DNA from: Flavobacteriales bacterium
GTDB taxonomy: Bacteria > Bacteroidota > Bacteroidia > Palsa-965
Direction: 5' to 3'
DNA length: 64,000 nucleotides
Assembly (NCBI GenBank): GCA_040377305.1
Contig: JBEIPA010000025.1
Coordinates: forward strand, 1-64,000
The number at the start of each line of letters is the position of its first letter. Within the stretch, counting starts at the first letter, position 1. The notes below the pieces were generated by a model. That model had not been told where the DNA came from and did not search any database. It worked only from the letters and a program-made list of their open reading frames with translations. Both the position numbers and the translations under genes were made by a program. Below, one piece after another: positions 46,691-56,446 of this stretch.

Positions 46691-47490
46691 TGAGACTATT
46701 GAATAATAAGATCGTTTTGCTTAAGCAGTTTGCGGGAATAATAATAATTACAGCTATTTGCTTGTTCATGGTTTCTTGCCCGGCTGAGCTTTCTAATGGG
46801 GAAGAACTCGCTGATCTTCAAATATGCTTGCCGGTTGCTGCGGAAGTTGCAGGAGAAGTTGGAGGTAGCCATGTGGATATACTTTTTGTTCATGACACCA
46901 ATTATCTAACAAGCAGGGTTAGCCACTTTATTGAGATGAATGTTGATGAATCCCAGTTTCTAAGGGATAGTATCTTTACCAAGGAGGAAATAGCTGCTTA
47001 TTGTGCATCGCAACTCTATTCCAGATTAGATTCATCCATATTAGAAAAACATTCCGCAATCAATATTGTTTTTGACAACGACCGAGGCTTCATTTTTGAC
47101 TATCCTTATTACTACACATACGACGAATTAGCAACAGCTTGGAAGGCGTTTGGGTACGTTGATGCGTATCTGCATGCCATCCAAAAAGGAGATTCTGCCC
47201 TCTTAAAAAGTAGCATTGACACATCATTCTTTAGCCTTAACGTTCGGGAACTAAATAGTTCACTTTCTAAACGACTAAGAACTGAACCCTACACAACTTC
47301 ACATTTTTACGAACGATATCATTATACTAACAAGGACAGTACCAGACAATTTGAATGTTATGCAATCAATACAAATATTGATTTCGATACATCAAAGAGC
47401 GTTAGCTTTTCTTTCATGATCCCGATGGATAGTGGAAATCGAATAATCAATTATCGTCTACCAATCGAAGATTATCAAATCAATGAATGA
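46687..47490 (+). CDS. Hypothetical lipoprotein in AT-rich DNA
   Basis: Possible lipobox MVSC; overlaps both neighbours. Confidence 0.6.
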   Translation: MMRLLNNKIVLLKQFAGIIIITAICLFMVSCPAELSNGEELADLQICLPVAAEVAGEVGGSHVDILFVHDTNYLTSRVSHFIEMNVDESQFLRDSIFTKEEIAAYCASQLYSRLDSSILEKHSAINIVFDNDRGFIFDYPYYYTYDELATAWKAFGYVDAYLHAIQKGDSALLKSSIDTSFFSLNVRELNSSLSKRLRTEPYTTSHFYERYHYTNKDSTRQFECYAINTNIDFDTSKSVSFSFMIPMDSGNRIINYRLPIEDYQINE

Positions 47491-48466
47491 TTCTTATATG
47501 ACGAACGAAGATTTCTCACAGCAAATACCGCCGGATCAATACATCGCGGAAAACAATTTCCCTCCCAAACCAGTCATTCCTGAATCCCCTTTCCTCACGT
47601 CCTCCTTCATCAGTCTGGTGTTGTTTGTGGTGGCGTATGTTTACTTCTTCGATCAGACGATTGCGCAGGTTGCCGTGCTGGTGCTTGTATTGTTCATTCA
47701 TGAGATGGGACATTTTCTCGCGATGAAATACTTTGGTTACTCCGAATTGAAGATGTTCTTCATTCCTTTTCTCGGAGCGATGGTTACCGGAGACAAGGAG
47801 GAAATTTCTCAGAAGCAGCGTGCGATCATTTTGCTCGCAGGTCCGGTTCCCGGGATTATCATTGGCGCCGTGTTATATTATGTAGGCAATGCAGTCAACA
47901 ATCACGAATTGCTGATGGCTGCAGGGATGTTTGTTTTTCTGAATGCGATTAATCTACTGCCGTTGAATCCACTCGATGGTGGACGACTTGTAGAAACACT
48001 TTTCTTTCACAACCAGGAAACACTGAAGAATATCTTCATTGGTATTTCAGCTGCTGCGATGGTGTTCATTGCTATCAAATTTGAAATGTACACCCTGCTC
48101 ATTCTTCCGTTTGCATTGCTGATGCGAATCAATCAAAACCGCTCCATCAAAGAACTCAAACAAACCCTTGCATCGCAGGGACTTGATTACAACAAGCCGT
48201 TCAGTCAGCTTACCGATCGCGAGTACTGGCTCATTCGGGAAACGGTAGTCGATCGCGTTGCATCATTCAGAACTGTCAATGGAAAAGACTACAGTGTTTC
48301 TCCCCGCGAAAAGCAGATTGCAGACCAGATGAAAGGTTTGGCTGAACGAAAAGTGATCGGCGATCTCGGAGTTGGTGGAATTGTTCTTTTCACGCTGATG
48401 TGGCTGATCTTTCTTGCAGTGCCGGTAATTGTTTTTGCCATTGCGCTCTACAGCCGTGCACGCTGA
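47483..48466 (+). CDS. Site-2 protease (M50) family metalloprotease
   Basis: HEMGH, 'LAGP' and 'NLLPLNPLDGG'. Confidence 0.9.
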   Translation: MNDSYMTNEDFSQQIPPDQYIAENNFPPKPVIPESPFLTSSFISLVLFVVAYVYFFDQTIAQVAVLVLVLFIHEMGHFLAMKYFGYSELKMFFIPFLGAMVTGDKEEISQKQRAIILLAGPVPGIIIGAVLYYVGNAVNNHELLMAAGMFVFLNAINLLPLNPLDGGRLVETLFFHNQETLKNIFIGISAAAMVFIAIKFEMYTLLILPFALLMRINQNRSIKELKQTLASQGLDYNKPFSQLTDREYWLIRETVVDRVASFRTVNGKDYSVSPREKQIADQMKGLAERKVIGDLGVGGIVLFTLMWLIFLAVPVIVFAIALYSRAR

Positions 48467-48514
48467 GCAATCAAAACTTAGCGTAACTTGTAATGTCTAA
48501 TAGAAAAATCTGAT

Positions 48515-49129
48515 ATGTCACAAAGTCCATTAGCCCTTGCATTTCTTTCTGTGTATTCCCCTGGTATTCCGCATGGGAATAAGCAAATCATTTTCAGCGG
48601 TATGTTTAATACCATGGTCTATGATAAGATCGTTGATGAAATCGGTTACGGATTATTTCATGATGGTTTCTTCATGTTATTCTCAGATGAAAACGATAAC
48701 TGCAACACGTGCCTGCAACTTTGGGAATTCGTATTACCCAAAGACGGAGCAACGAGAAAAGTTATCGGAAGAAATGCCTATGGCGCTTTGCTGGTGATAG
48801 AAAATGCGGATCAAGGCGGTACAGCCGCTGCGGTTGGCATTCTTGATCCGCTTACCGTTAGCTACTGGAAAGACGAGCATTGTCTATTCACGAACCTACT
48901 CGGACATTGGTTACCTGAAAGAAAAGTTCTTCCTTCGTTCACAGACAATTCGGTGTACCATGCCATGAGAACGGCTGCTGGAATTTCGCTGGCACCTGAT
49001 GAAATGCTCGCCATAAAAGTTCCTATTACGCTGGGAGGTAAAATGGATCCCGCAAATTTTCAGATTGAAAACATTCAGGCGTATTACACGACAACAGCAT
49101 CCATATACAATCAAATTCAAGCTAAATAA
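48515..49129 (+). CDS. GAD-like / DUF1851 (Tdi1-type) putative immunity protein
   Basis: 'G.G.F.DGF', 'GRNAYGAL' and C-terminal 'L.PDE...KVP..LGG....N'. Confidence 0.6.
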   Translation: MSQSPLALAFLSVYSPGIPHGNKQIIFSGMFNTMVYDKIVDEIGYGLFHDGFFMLFSDENDNCNTCLQLWEFVLPKDGATRKVIGRNAYGALLVIENADQGGTAAAVGILDPLTVSYWKDEHCLFTNLLGHWLPERKVLPSFTDNSVYHAMRTAAGISLAPDEMLAIKVPITLGGKMDPANFQIENIQAYYTTTASIYNQIQAK

Positions 49130-49134
49130 AACCC

Positions 49135-49572
49135 ATGGACACATTACACTTCTCAATAACCATTAACGCCCCTGCAGAAAAAGTCTGGAAAACATTATGG
49201 ACAGATGAGACCTACCGCCAATGGACGAGTGTTTTCATGGAAGGTTCGTATGCACTTTCGAGCTGGCAGCAAGGCGCGCGTGTTCACTTCATGGCACCGG
49301 GCGGAGAAGGAATGTTCAGTGAAATTGTGAAGAAGGTTCCCAACGAACAAATGTCTTTTCGTCATCTAGGTTCCATGAAAGGCGGCAAAGAACAACCTCC
49401 TACCGAAGAAACAAAACTCTGGGAAGGTGCGCGTGAGGAATATACACTGAAGCAAAATGGTGCATCAACAGAGGTCAGCGTTCTGGTCGACAGTGTGGAT
49501 GAACACAAAAGTCACTTCGAGGAAAAATTTCCGGATGCTTTAGCTCGTCTGAAACAGATTTCGGAATCGTGA
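49135..49572 (+). CDS. SRPBCC domain protein
   Basis: 'I.INAP.EKVW..LW...Y.QWT.VF' and 'FP.AL..LK..SE'. Confidence 0.88.
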   Translation: MDTLHFSITINAPAEKVWKTLWTDETYRQWTSVFMEGSYALSSWQQGARVHFMAPGGEGMFSEIVKKVPNEQMSFRHLGSMKGGKEQPPTEETKLWEGAREEYTLKQNGASTEVSVLVDSVDEHKSHFEEKFPDALARLKQISES

Positions 49573-49665
49573 TAAACAATTTCAGTAGCGAAATCAGCAG
49601 ACTTGTCTATCGTCCTGCAGGCGAAAGCGATGAGATAGTTACAAAAATATAATAAGATCTTACAA

Positions 49666-50655
49666 ATGAAATTTTTGCTTCGCGCGTCGCTTGCACTGTG
49701 TGTACTTCTCCAATTCTTCTACGGTTGTAAGCGTTTCGACGAAATCGACAAAAATGATCTGAAGATTGCAGATACAGTAACAGTAAACAAGGTTGGGTAC
49801 CATGAAGTGTTCGAAGGAACCCGAATCTTCATTGACGTTCCTGAAGGTTTTACCTATGTGAAGTCCATTTTGCGATTTCAGAAAGACACCAATATTTACA
49901 TCCAGGCATTGGAGAATCCCACATTAAGTTTTAAAGATGTGAAGGAACCTATGTTGGCGCAAATTGATGAGTTGAATACTAAAGGGTTGAAATCATATTA
50001 CAAGAAAGAATTTATTCTGCAGGAGTTTGAGGCATGCTTGTTATATGGACCTGATAATCTTAATCCAGGCTGTGATGAAATGGTTCTGTTCTTTGGCGAC
50101 GATGAGTCAAGCGTTCTATTATCTGCACGATTTCCATCAGACAGTATTCGCATTGCCGGGGAAATTAGAAACGCTCTTCTCACGGCCTACCTTGACAAAG
50201 ATTACACACCTGATCTTACAGCTTTGATGCCCTATGAAATTAACCTCACAGGAACGGACTTTAAGTTCCACAGCGCCACCTCAATTGTAGCAAATTATAC
50301 CGTAAACGGAGAAGGCAACCCGAATGACCCAACGGTTGACCTATTTAGTATTATATCCATGTCTGCGATGAATGACCACAATACGCGAATTGCGTATGCA
50401 CAGTCCATGATTCCCCGATATAAAGCCAACGGAATTATCATTCCGAAGTTTGACGAACAGGACATTCTGATCAACAATGTTCCAGCCTATGAGATTAGCT
50501 TTAAGGGAGCATACAATGGTAAAGCCATGCAGTGTTACCAAATTGTTCTCGGTAACAATCAGCAAACTTTGCTCTTTGTTGGCCAGGTAGGAGTAGACAA
50601 AGTTGAGTTGTACGAACAAATCATCCAGATTTCTCAAACACTTCGTTTGAAATAG
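49666..50655 (+). CDS. Hypothetical lipoprotein
   Basis: Lipobox FYGC; two similar alpha/beta halves. Confidence 0.65.
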   Translation: MKFLLRASLALCVLLQFFYGCKRFDEIDKNDLKIADTVTVNKVGYHEVFEGTRIFIDVPEGFTYVKSILRFQKDTNIYIQALENPTLSFKDVKEPMLAQIDELNTKGLKSYYKKEFILQEFEACLLYGPDNLNPGCDEMVLFFGDDESSVLLSARFPSDSIRIAGEIRNALLTAYLDKDYTPDLTALMPYEINLTGTDFKFHSATSIVANYTVNGEGNPNDPTVDLFSIISMSAMNDHNTRIAYAQSMIPRYKANGIIIPKFDEQDILINNVPAYEISFKGAYNGKAMQCYQIVLGNNQQTLLFVGQVGVDKVELYEQIIQISQTLRLK

Positions 50656-50743
50656 CTATGTCATCATGTGGCATTAAGTACCAAATAAAATAATTCAACG
50701 GAGTAGTTGTTTTCAATGAGAAGAATATCATAATAGAAGACAA

Positions 50744-51412
50744 GTGAGCGTACCCGACGATTTCAAACACATTATAGAAGCATTAGATGAATACGCGTTA
50801 GTGCAAACCGATCGCGGCTATATGCTTTTTCACGTGAAGTCGCAATCGCATGTGATCATCGAAGAGAATAGTGGCGAACTGTTTGATCTCATGCTTCAAC
50901 GCAATGTGAAAGTTGCCGAAAGCTCGGAAGAGTTGATTGATCACAACTTCGTTCATTATGCGATGATTGAAGACCGGGTTGCTGGTGGTTTACGAAGAGT
51001 TCGTGTCGATGACTGTGCGCATTACGTGTTTTCAAAAGTCGATCTGAGTGAAGTAGGCAATAAAGTAACTGGTAAGCTCCGATCCAGAGCACGTGGCATC
51101 AGTACCGCTGAACGCATACTTTTTATCATTGAGAATCTGGTCGTAAATCCCGAAAAGGATTTCAGAATTGATCTTCGGTTAACAGACCGCGATGTGTATA
51201 TAAAGCCACGCGGATTCAATACCTTAACACTTGCGAAGGTTGCTGAGTTATTCAATTCGCAAAGCATAGAACAGCTAAATGAATCCAGAAAAGTGTATTT
51301 ATCCACGGATGATCTGCAACACCTTCCTGCCACTGAAATTGCAAGAACTTTAAAGTCGGACGACTTCATTGCGGTCGTCATCAACGATGCTATTCGGTTT
51401 ACGATGAAATAA
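50744..51412 (+). CDS. Hypothetical protein
   Basis: 222-aa ORF co-oriented with its neighbours; no motif recognised. Confidence 0.55.
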   Translation: MSVPDDFKHIIEALDEYALVQTDRGYMLFHVKSQSHVIIEENSGELFDLMLQRNVKVAESSEELIDHNFVHYAMIEDRVAGGLRRVRVDDCAHYVFSKVDLSEVGNKVTGKLRSRARGISTAERILFIIENLVVNPEKDFRIDLRLTDRDVYIKPRGFNTLTLAKVAELFNSQSIEQLNESRKVYLSTDDLQHLPATEIARTLKSDDFIAVVINDAIRFTMK

Positions 51413-51438
51413 TTAAGAATGAAGACGATATTTGAACA

Positions 51439-52344
51439 ATGCCAGAAACTAAATCCATCATACCCTACTACAAAGAGATCAACGACTTTCTGGAGTCCAT
51501 TCCATCGGATTTCAGAACGACGAATCCGGATTTTTTCTGTCTGCGATTAAAAGCGAATGAAGAATCGATCAGCAATTACAAACCGCCTTTCCGGAAAGAT
51601 TTTTATTTCATAGCATTAGTTTCGAATGCCGGTTCAACTAAAATCACATACGATAATACCGATGTTACGAAACTAAATTCATTCCTGGTGTTTCAGTCGC
51701 CCGGTCTGCTTTACAGTTTCAATCGCGACAATTCGGCAAGCGGATACCTACTCTACTTCAAGAAGGAATGTCTCTCCTTTTTCAAACCCGATTTTGAAAA
51801 GGAGTTTCCCTTTTTCAACATTCTGCACACCAATTTCTTTAAGCTGAATGAATCGAAGTTTCGCGAGTTCGCACCGCATTTTGAAGATGTGTTTAAGGCA
51901 TACGAGAATTCAAGCGACACTCAGCACAAAGTTGCTTCCATCAAACTACTTGCATTGCTCTACCAGCTGAAAGAATTTACCAACGCATTTAAACAGTGGG
52001 AAGAAGGTTTCACCAGTCCGCAACATATTCTTTATCAAAAGTTCATTCAACTCGTGAATAACTTTTACATTGAAAAGCGGACGATTGAAGAGTACGCCGA
52101 GATGTTGAATGTAACACCGAATCACCTTTCCCAATCCGTCAAGTCAGCTTCCGACAAAAATGCATTGAGCTATATCAACGAGCGACTATTGGCAGAAGCA
52201 AAATCGCTTATACAATTCACGGACTTTGATATTGCAGAGATTGCACACCAGCTGAATTTCTCCGATCCCGCTAATTTTGGAAAGTTTTTTAAGAAGCACA
52301 CCGATCAGACACCGCTTGAATTCAGGAAGTCTAAAAAACACTGA
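51439..52344 (+). CDS. AraC-family transcriptional regulator
   Basis: 'YAEMLNVTPNHLS' and 'EIAHQLNFSDPANFGKFFKK.T..TP.EFR'. Confidence 0.93.
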   Translation: MPETKSIIPYYKEINDFLESIPSDFRTTNPDFFCLRLKANEESISNYKPPFRKDFYFIALVSNAGSTKITYDNTDVTKLNSFLVFQSPGLLYSFNRDNSASGYLLYFKKECLSFFKPDFEKEFPFFNILHTNFFKLNESKFREFAPHFEDVFKAYENSSDTQHKVASIKLLALLYQLKEFTNAFKQWEEGFTSPQHILYQKFIQLVNNFYIEKRTIEEYAEMLNVTPNHLSQSVKSASDKNALSYINERLLAEAKSLIQFTDFDIAEIAHQLNFSDPANFGKFFKKHTDQTPLEFRKSKKH

Positions 52345-52479
52345 AGGACAACTCCAGTTACCTTTTCCTGCCGGGTTCCGACACTATCTACCATCACAAC
52401 CAACTTTTCGACCATTCCCGGGTTACCGTTCCTGCTCACCTTTGTATCGTTCAGTATTCATAACTAAAACGATAACAAG

Positions 52480-53133
52480 ATGAAAATAGCAGTATTCGGA
52501 ACAGGAAATGTCGGAGACACCATCGGTTCAAAATTAATTGAGTTGGGACACACGGTAGTGATGGGCTCCAGAACAGCAGATAACGAAAAGGCGAAAGCTT
52601 TCGTTGCAAAACACAATGGTAAGGCTACAGCCGGAACATTTGCAGACGCAGCAGCATTCGGTGAAATGATTTTCAATTGCACCGCAGGTGTTGGTTCTGT
52701 TGAAGCCTTGAAATTGGCCGGAGAGAAAAACCTGAATGGCAAAGTGCTCGTTGATATTGCTAATCCGCTCGATTTCTCTAAAGGCATGCCACCAACACTT
52801 GCTGTTGTAAATACCAATTCACTCGGAGAAGAAATTCAGGCGACATTCCCGCAGCTCAAAGTTGTGAAAGCGCTCAACACGATGTGGTGCGGACTGATGG
52901 TTAATCCGATGATGATCAACGGCGGAGACCACCACACTTTTGTAAGCGGAAATGATGCAGATGCGAAAGAGCAAGTGAAGAAGATTCTTCGTTCATTCGG
53001 TTGGGCAGAAAATAATATTCTTGATCTGGGCGACATCACCAAAGCAAGAGGAACTGAGATGTATCTCCCACTCTGGCTGAGCATTTATGGTGCAACTAAC
53101 AACGGCGCCTTCAATGTGAAACTGGTGAGCTAA
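52480..53133 (+). CDS. NADP oxidoreductase (F420-dependent NADP reductase-like)
   Basis: 'GTGNVG', 'GSR', 'DIANPLDF' and 'VVKALNT'. Confidence 0.9.
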   Translation: MKIAVFGTGNVGDTIGSKLIELGHTVVMGSRTADNEKAKAFVAKHNGKATAGTFADAAAFGEMIFNCTAGVGSVEALKLAGEKNLNGKVLVDIANPLDFSKGMPPTLAVVNTNSLGEEIQATFPQLKVVKALNTMWCGLMVNPMMINGGDHHTFVSGNDADAKEQVKKILRSFGWAENNILDLGDITKARGTEMYLPLWLSIYGATNNGAFNVKLVS

Positions 53134-53172
53134 TGAACCGCGGGCTCTCAAGTCACTGAGCCATCATTGCGT

Positions 53173-53206
53173 CTGTGTGGTATTCCGGAAACGGAGTACT
53201 GCACAG
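53173..53206. terminator. GAAA-capped hairpin between convergent genes
   Basis: CTGTGTGGTATTCCG-GAAA-CGGAGTACTGCACAG, a 15-bp stem with G-U pairs on the + strand. Confidence 0.6.
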
Positions 53207-53242
53207 CATTTTGGTCTCTTGCAGCATGAAGGTGGTTACCTG

Positions 53243-53941
53243 TCAATCTGTTTCCGGTAACTTCTCTTTCCTTTTTTCCGGAGTGACCAATCGTACCGAT
53301 AAATATAGTTGCACGGATGCCGGTTTCATCTTGCGAGTAATGTACACCGTGTTGCCCGATGCGTCCTTGTAAACTGCATCTTCACGCACCGGTGAATTTC
53401 CAGCTTGTGCAATCCGGAATCCTACATGCGTTTGACCCCTTCGACCTAATGAATAGTCAAAACCGATTACTGCAGAAGCCTGAAGCGGACTCGATTTGTA
53501 TCGGGACATCAAAGAATCGTTGCTGTAAAAATATGTTTGATTAAAATTCTTTTCGCCCATATCCACCACTCTGCGTACCGGCAAAAACACATTCATACCG
53601 ACAACCAAACAAGCCCTCTCTCCTACCGATAATCGCGCGCAAACATCTGTAGTAATTCCCCGCTGAATATGTTCTACAAATACTTTGTCATCGAAAAAGT
53701 GACGGTAGTAGTTGGATTCCACTCCCATTGTGATCTGTAGTCCGACTTTTGAATCGGGAACCGGAATGTAACCCACGCTAAGCGAAAAACTCTTACCCTT
53801 AAATGAACTTCCTTCGGATGCAATTCCCGGAAACAACATTCCACCACGCCCGGTGAGATACCACTGACCTGGAATTTTTCCGTGCGCATTTGATGCGAGG
53901 AACATTACAGTAATCAAGATTAAAATACGGAAGGGAATCAT
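53243..53941 (-). CDS. Putative outer-membrane beta-barrel protein
   Basis: Signal peptide and amphipathic strands. Confidence 0.6.
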   Translation of the reverse strand: MIPFRILILITVMFLASNAHGKIPGQWYLTGRGGMLFPGIASEGSSFKGKSFSLSVGYIPVPDSKVGLQITMGVESNYYRHFFDDKVFVEHIQRGITTDVCARLSVGERACLVVGMNVFLPVRRVVDMGEKNFNQTYFYSNDSLMSRYKSSPLQASAVIGFDYSLGRRGQTHVGFRIAQAGNSPVREDAVYKDASGNTVYITRKMKPASVQLYLSVRLVTPEKRKEKLPETD

Positions 53942-53984
53942 CTACGATAAGACGAGAAATTGTTGACAGGTTGCCGCGCAGTAA

Positions 53985-54962
53985 TCAATTTCCCGGCGGA
54001 ATGGAGGCCGGTTTCTTACCCGGGAAACGTTCACACGGATTTTTCTGCTTCCTGAACCAGGTTCTTAATTGTTCTATGGTGTTCATCATGTAAACCTGAT
54101 CTACGCCTTCTCCCAGAAATCCCGCACCGTTGCGCGTCGCAAAAACAAGATCACTAATGCGCATTTCCGATACTGACATGGTCCACGCAGCATAGCAAAC
54201 TTTTCCCTTCTTGCCTTGCTGTGCCTGATTATTGTAATCCTCCAGCCACGCATTAAGCAAGACCAGGTAATCAAAATCCTTCAGCACTTTTGCTTGCAGT
54301 CCCGGAACATTATGATGCCAACTCTTGATCATATCTTCATTGCAAAGTATGAAACTGCGATAGTGATTGTGATAAACAGTGCGACGCGGTCCTGGAAAGC
54401 GCACTTTTTCATCGTTACACATCAGGACAGCTGCAATATGACGCTTGCGCAACATTGCCTGTTCCATGGTTAGCTCATTTCCTTTCAGATCGTGAACTTT
54501 CCACATCTTCGATTTACGTTCATCCGGGAAGAAAGAAATGATCAATGAACTATCCATAAGTATTACCTGCACCAACTGATTGTGCGTGCTATCGCCAATA
54601 AATGCACCCATCGATGCCCAGTAACAAGGCCAGCCTTCACGAATCCGTTGACGGTCACCGCTAAGGAGGTGGTTTACAATAGGTGAATTATTCTTCCTTC
54701 CGAATTTCAGAAGTTCCTCAACGTACATTTCTTCATGAAATCTATCTGAAACAGATGTACGCAACAAACGTTTCTGCTCGAGACAAGAATCAAGTTCATT
54801 TGAACTGGTCCAGAAATAAAAAGTGTTTGTCACTGGCAGATTGTTATTCACGATCTGCGGTCTGAGCCAATAACGAAGAATGGAATCAGTTGCACTTCCC
54901 TGTGCAAAAACAGTTGCAGAAAAAACAAAGAAGATCAGAATGACAAGTCCTTTCTTCTTCAT
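53985..54962 (-). CDS. Secreted hypothetical protein
   Basis: Sec signal MKKKGLVILIFFVFSATVFA-Q. Confidence 0.7.
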   Translation of the reverse strand: MKKKGLVILIFFVFSATVFAQGSATDSILRYWLRPQIVNNNLPVTNTFYFWTSSNELDSCLEQKRLLRTSVSDRFHEEMYVEELLKFGRKNNSPIVNHLLSGDRQRIREGWPCYWASMGAFIGDSTHNQLVQVILMDSSLIISFFPDERKSKMWKVHDLKGNELTMEQAMLRKRHIAAVLMCNDEKVRFPGPRRTVYHNHYRSFILCNEDMIKSWHHNVPGLQAKVLKDFDYLVLLNAWLEDYNNQAQQGKKGKVCYAAWTMSVSEMRISDLVFATRNGAGFLGEGVDQVYMMNTIEQLRTWFRKQKNPCERFPGKKPASIPPGN

Positions 54963-54967
54963 CGTTC

Positions 54968-56272
54968 CTATTTTTTCCGGAACACAATTGCGATCGGAAC
55001 TCCCGTGAAATTAAAATTCGCGCGGATTTGATTCTCGAGGAAACGCTTGTACGAGTCCTTCACGTATTGCGGGTGATTCACGAAGAATGCGAATACCGGC
55101 GTTTTAGTTGGAAGTTGAGTAACGTATTTGATCTTGATGTAAGACGACTTCACCGAAGGATGCGGATGACTCTCGATCATCGGCAACAAAAGATCGTTGA
55201 GCTTGTTTGTTGGAACGCGCTGCTTGCGACTCTGGTAAACTTCCATTGCAGTCTCAATTCCCTTCAGAACACGCTGCTTGGTGACTGCGGAAGTAAACAC
55301 AATCGGAACGTCGTTGAAAGGTTTCATCTTCTCGTGAATGTCCTCTTCGAATTTCTTAACGGTCTTCGTGTCTTTCTCCACGAGATCCCATTTGTTCACG
55401 AGCAACACAATGCCTTTACTGTTTTTTTGTGCAAGACCAACGATGTTCATATCCTGGCCTTCGAATCCAATAGTTGCATCCACAACAAGCACCACCACAT
55501 CACAATCCTCAATTGCTTTGATTGTGCGCATCACCGAATAGAACTCAAGATCTTCATGCACTTTCGATTTCTTGCGAAGTCCGGCCGTATCGATCAGAAT
55601 TACATCGTGTCCAAAAGCTTTGTAATGCGTGTTGATTGCATCGCGCGTTGTTCCCGCGATCTCAGTCACAATATGTTTCTCTTCTCCGAGAAGGGCGTTC
55701 ACAAGTGAAGACTTCCCTGCATTCGGACGTCCAACAATTGCTATGCGTGGTATTTCTAACTCCTGTTCAACTTCATCAGGACCCAAATGCTTCACAACTT
55801 CATCGAGTAACTCGCCGGTTCCTGATCCATTGTTTGAGGAAATCGCAATCGGATCTCCAAGACCCAGCGCGTAAAATTCTCCAACGAGATCCTGACGCAC
55901 TGCACTGTCGACTTTGTTCACGACAAGAATTGTTTTTTTCTTGCTGCGACGAACAAGATCAGCCACTTCTTCATCGAGCGGAGTAATTCCTTCTGATACA
56001 TCCACAAGGAACATTAACATGGAAGCTTCAGTTAATGCAATCTTCACCTGGCGACGAATTTCTTCTTCGAAAATATCATCTGATCCTTCCACGTAACCGC
56101 CTGTGTCTACAACGGAAAACTTACGTCCGTTCCATTCACAGAAACCGTAATGACGGTCGCGTGTAACACCGGCAATTTCGTCAACAATTGCCTCACGGGT
56201 TTCCGTTAAACGATTGAAAAGTGTTGATTTCCCGACATTTGGGCGACCGATGATTGCGATGAGATTTGACAT
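54968..56272 (-). CDS. der: Ribosome biogenesis GTPase Der
   Basis: Two G domains (GRPNVGKS, GRPNAGKS) plus a KH-like tail; start MSNL at 56272. Confidence 0.98.
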   Translation of the reverse strand: MSNLIAIIGRPNVGKSTLFNRLTETREAIVDEIAGVTRDRHYGFCEWNGRKFSVVDTGGYVEGSDDIFEEEIRRQVKIALTEASMLMFLVDVSEGITPLDEEVADLVRRSKKKTILVVNKVDSAVRQDLVGEFYALGLGDPIAISSNNGSGTGELLDEVVKHLGPDEVEQELEIPRIAIVGRPNAGKSSLVNALLGEEKHIVTEIAGTTRDAINTHYKAFGHDVILIDTAGLRKKSKVHEDLEFYSVMRTIKAIEDCDVVVLVVDATIGFEGQDMNIVGLAQKNSKGIVLLVNKWDLVEKDTKTVKKFEEDIHEKMKPFNDVPIVFTSAVTKQRVLKGIETAMEVYQSRKQRVPTNKLNDLLLPMIESHPHPSVKSSYIKIKYVTQLPTKTPVFAFFVNHPQYVKDSYKRFLENQIRANFNFTGVPIAIVFRKK

Positions 56273-56446
56273 AAGTCTGCAAAGATAGGCAAACATCCGC
56301 CTCTGAGGAGGCAGTCACCCAGTAGCACTATTGCTAGTCGATCAAGTGTTGCAAAAGCCTGTTAAGCTAGCGCCATACCGCTTTTTGCTCCAAAGTAGGC
56401 CTTCGTACGGGGGCAAGCGCCGCAGGAAACCAAATGTATTTCGTTG

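Noticed and set aside
49585-49640. Hammerhead-like motif (CTATC...GCGAAAGC...GATAG)
   Set aside because: Lacks the CTGANGA core and the three-stem arrangement.
46687-52344. Integron cassette array
   Set aside because: No attC-like RYYYAAC...GTTRRRY sites between the genes, several genes overlap, and there is no integrase.
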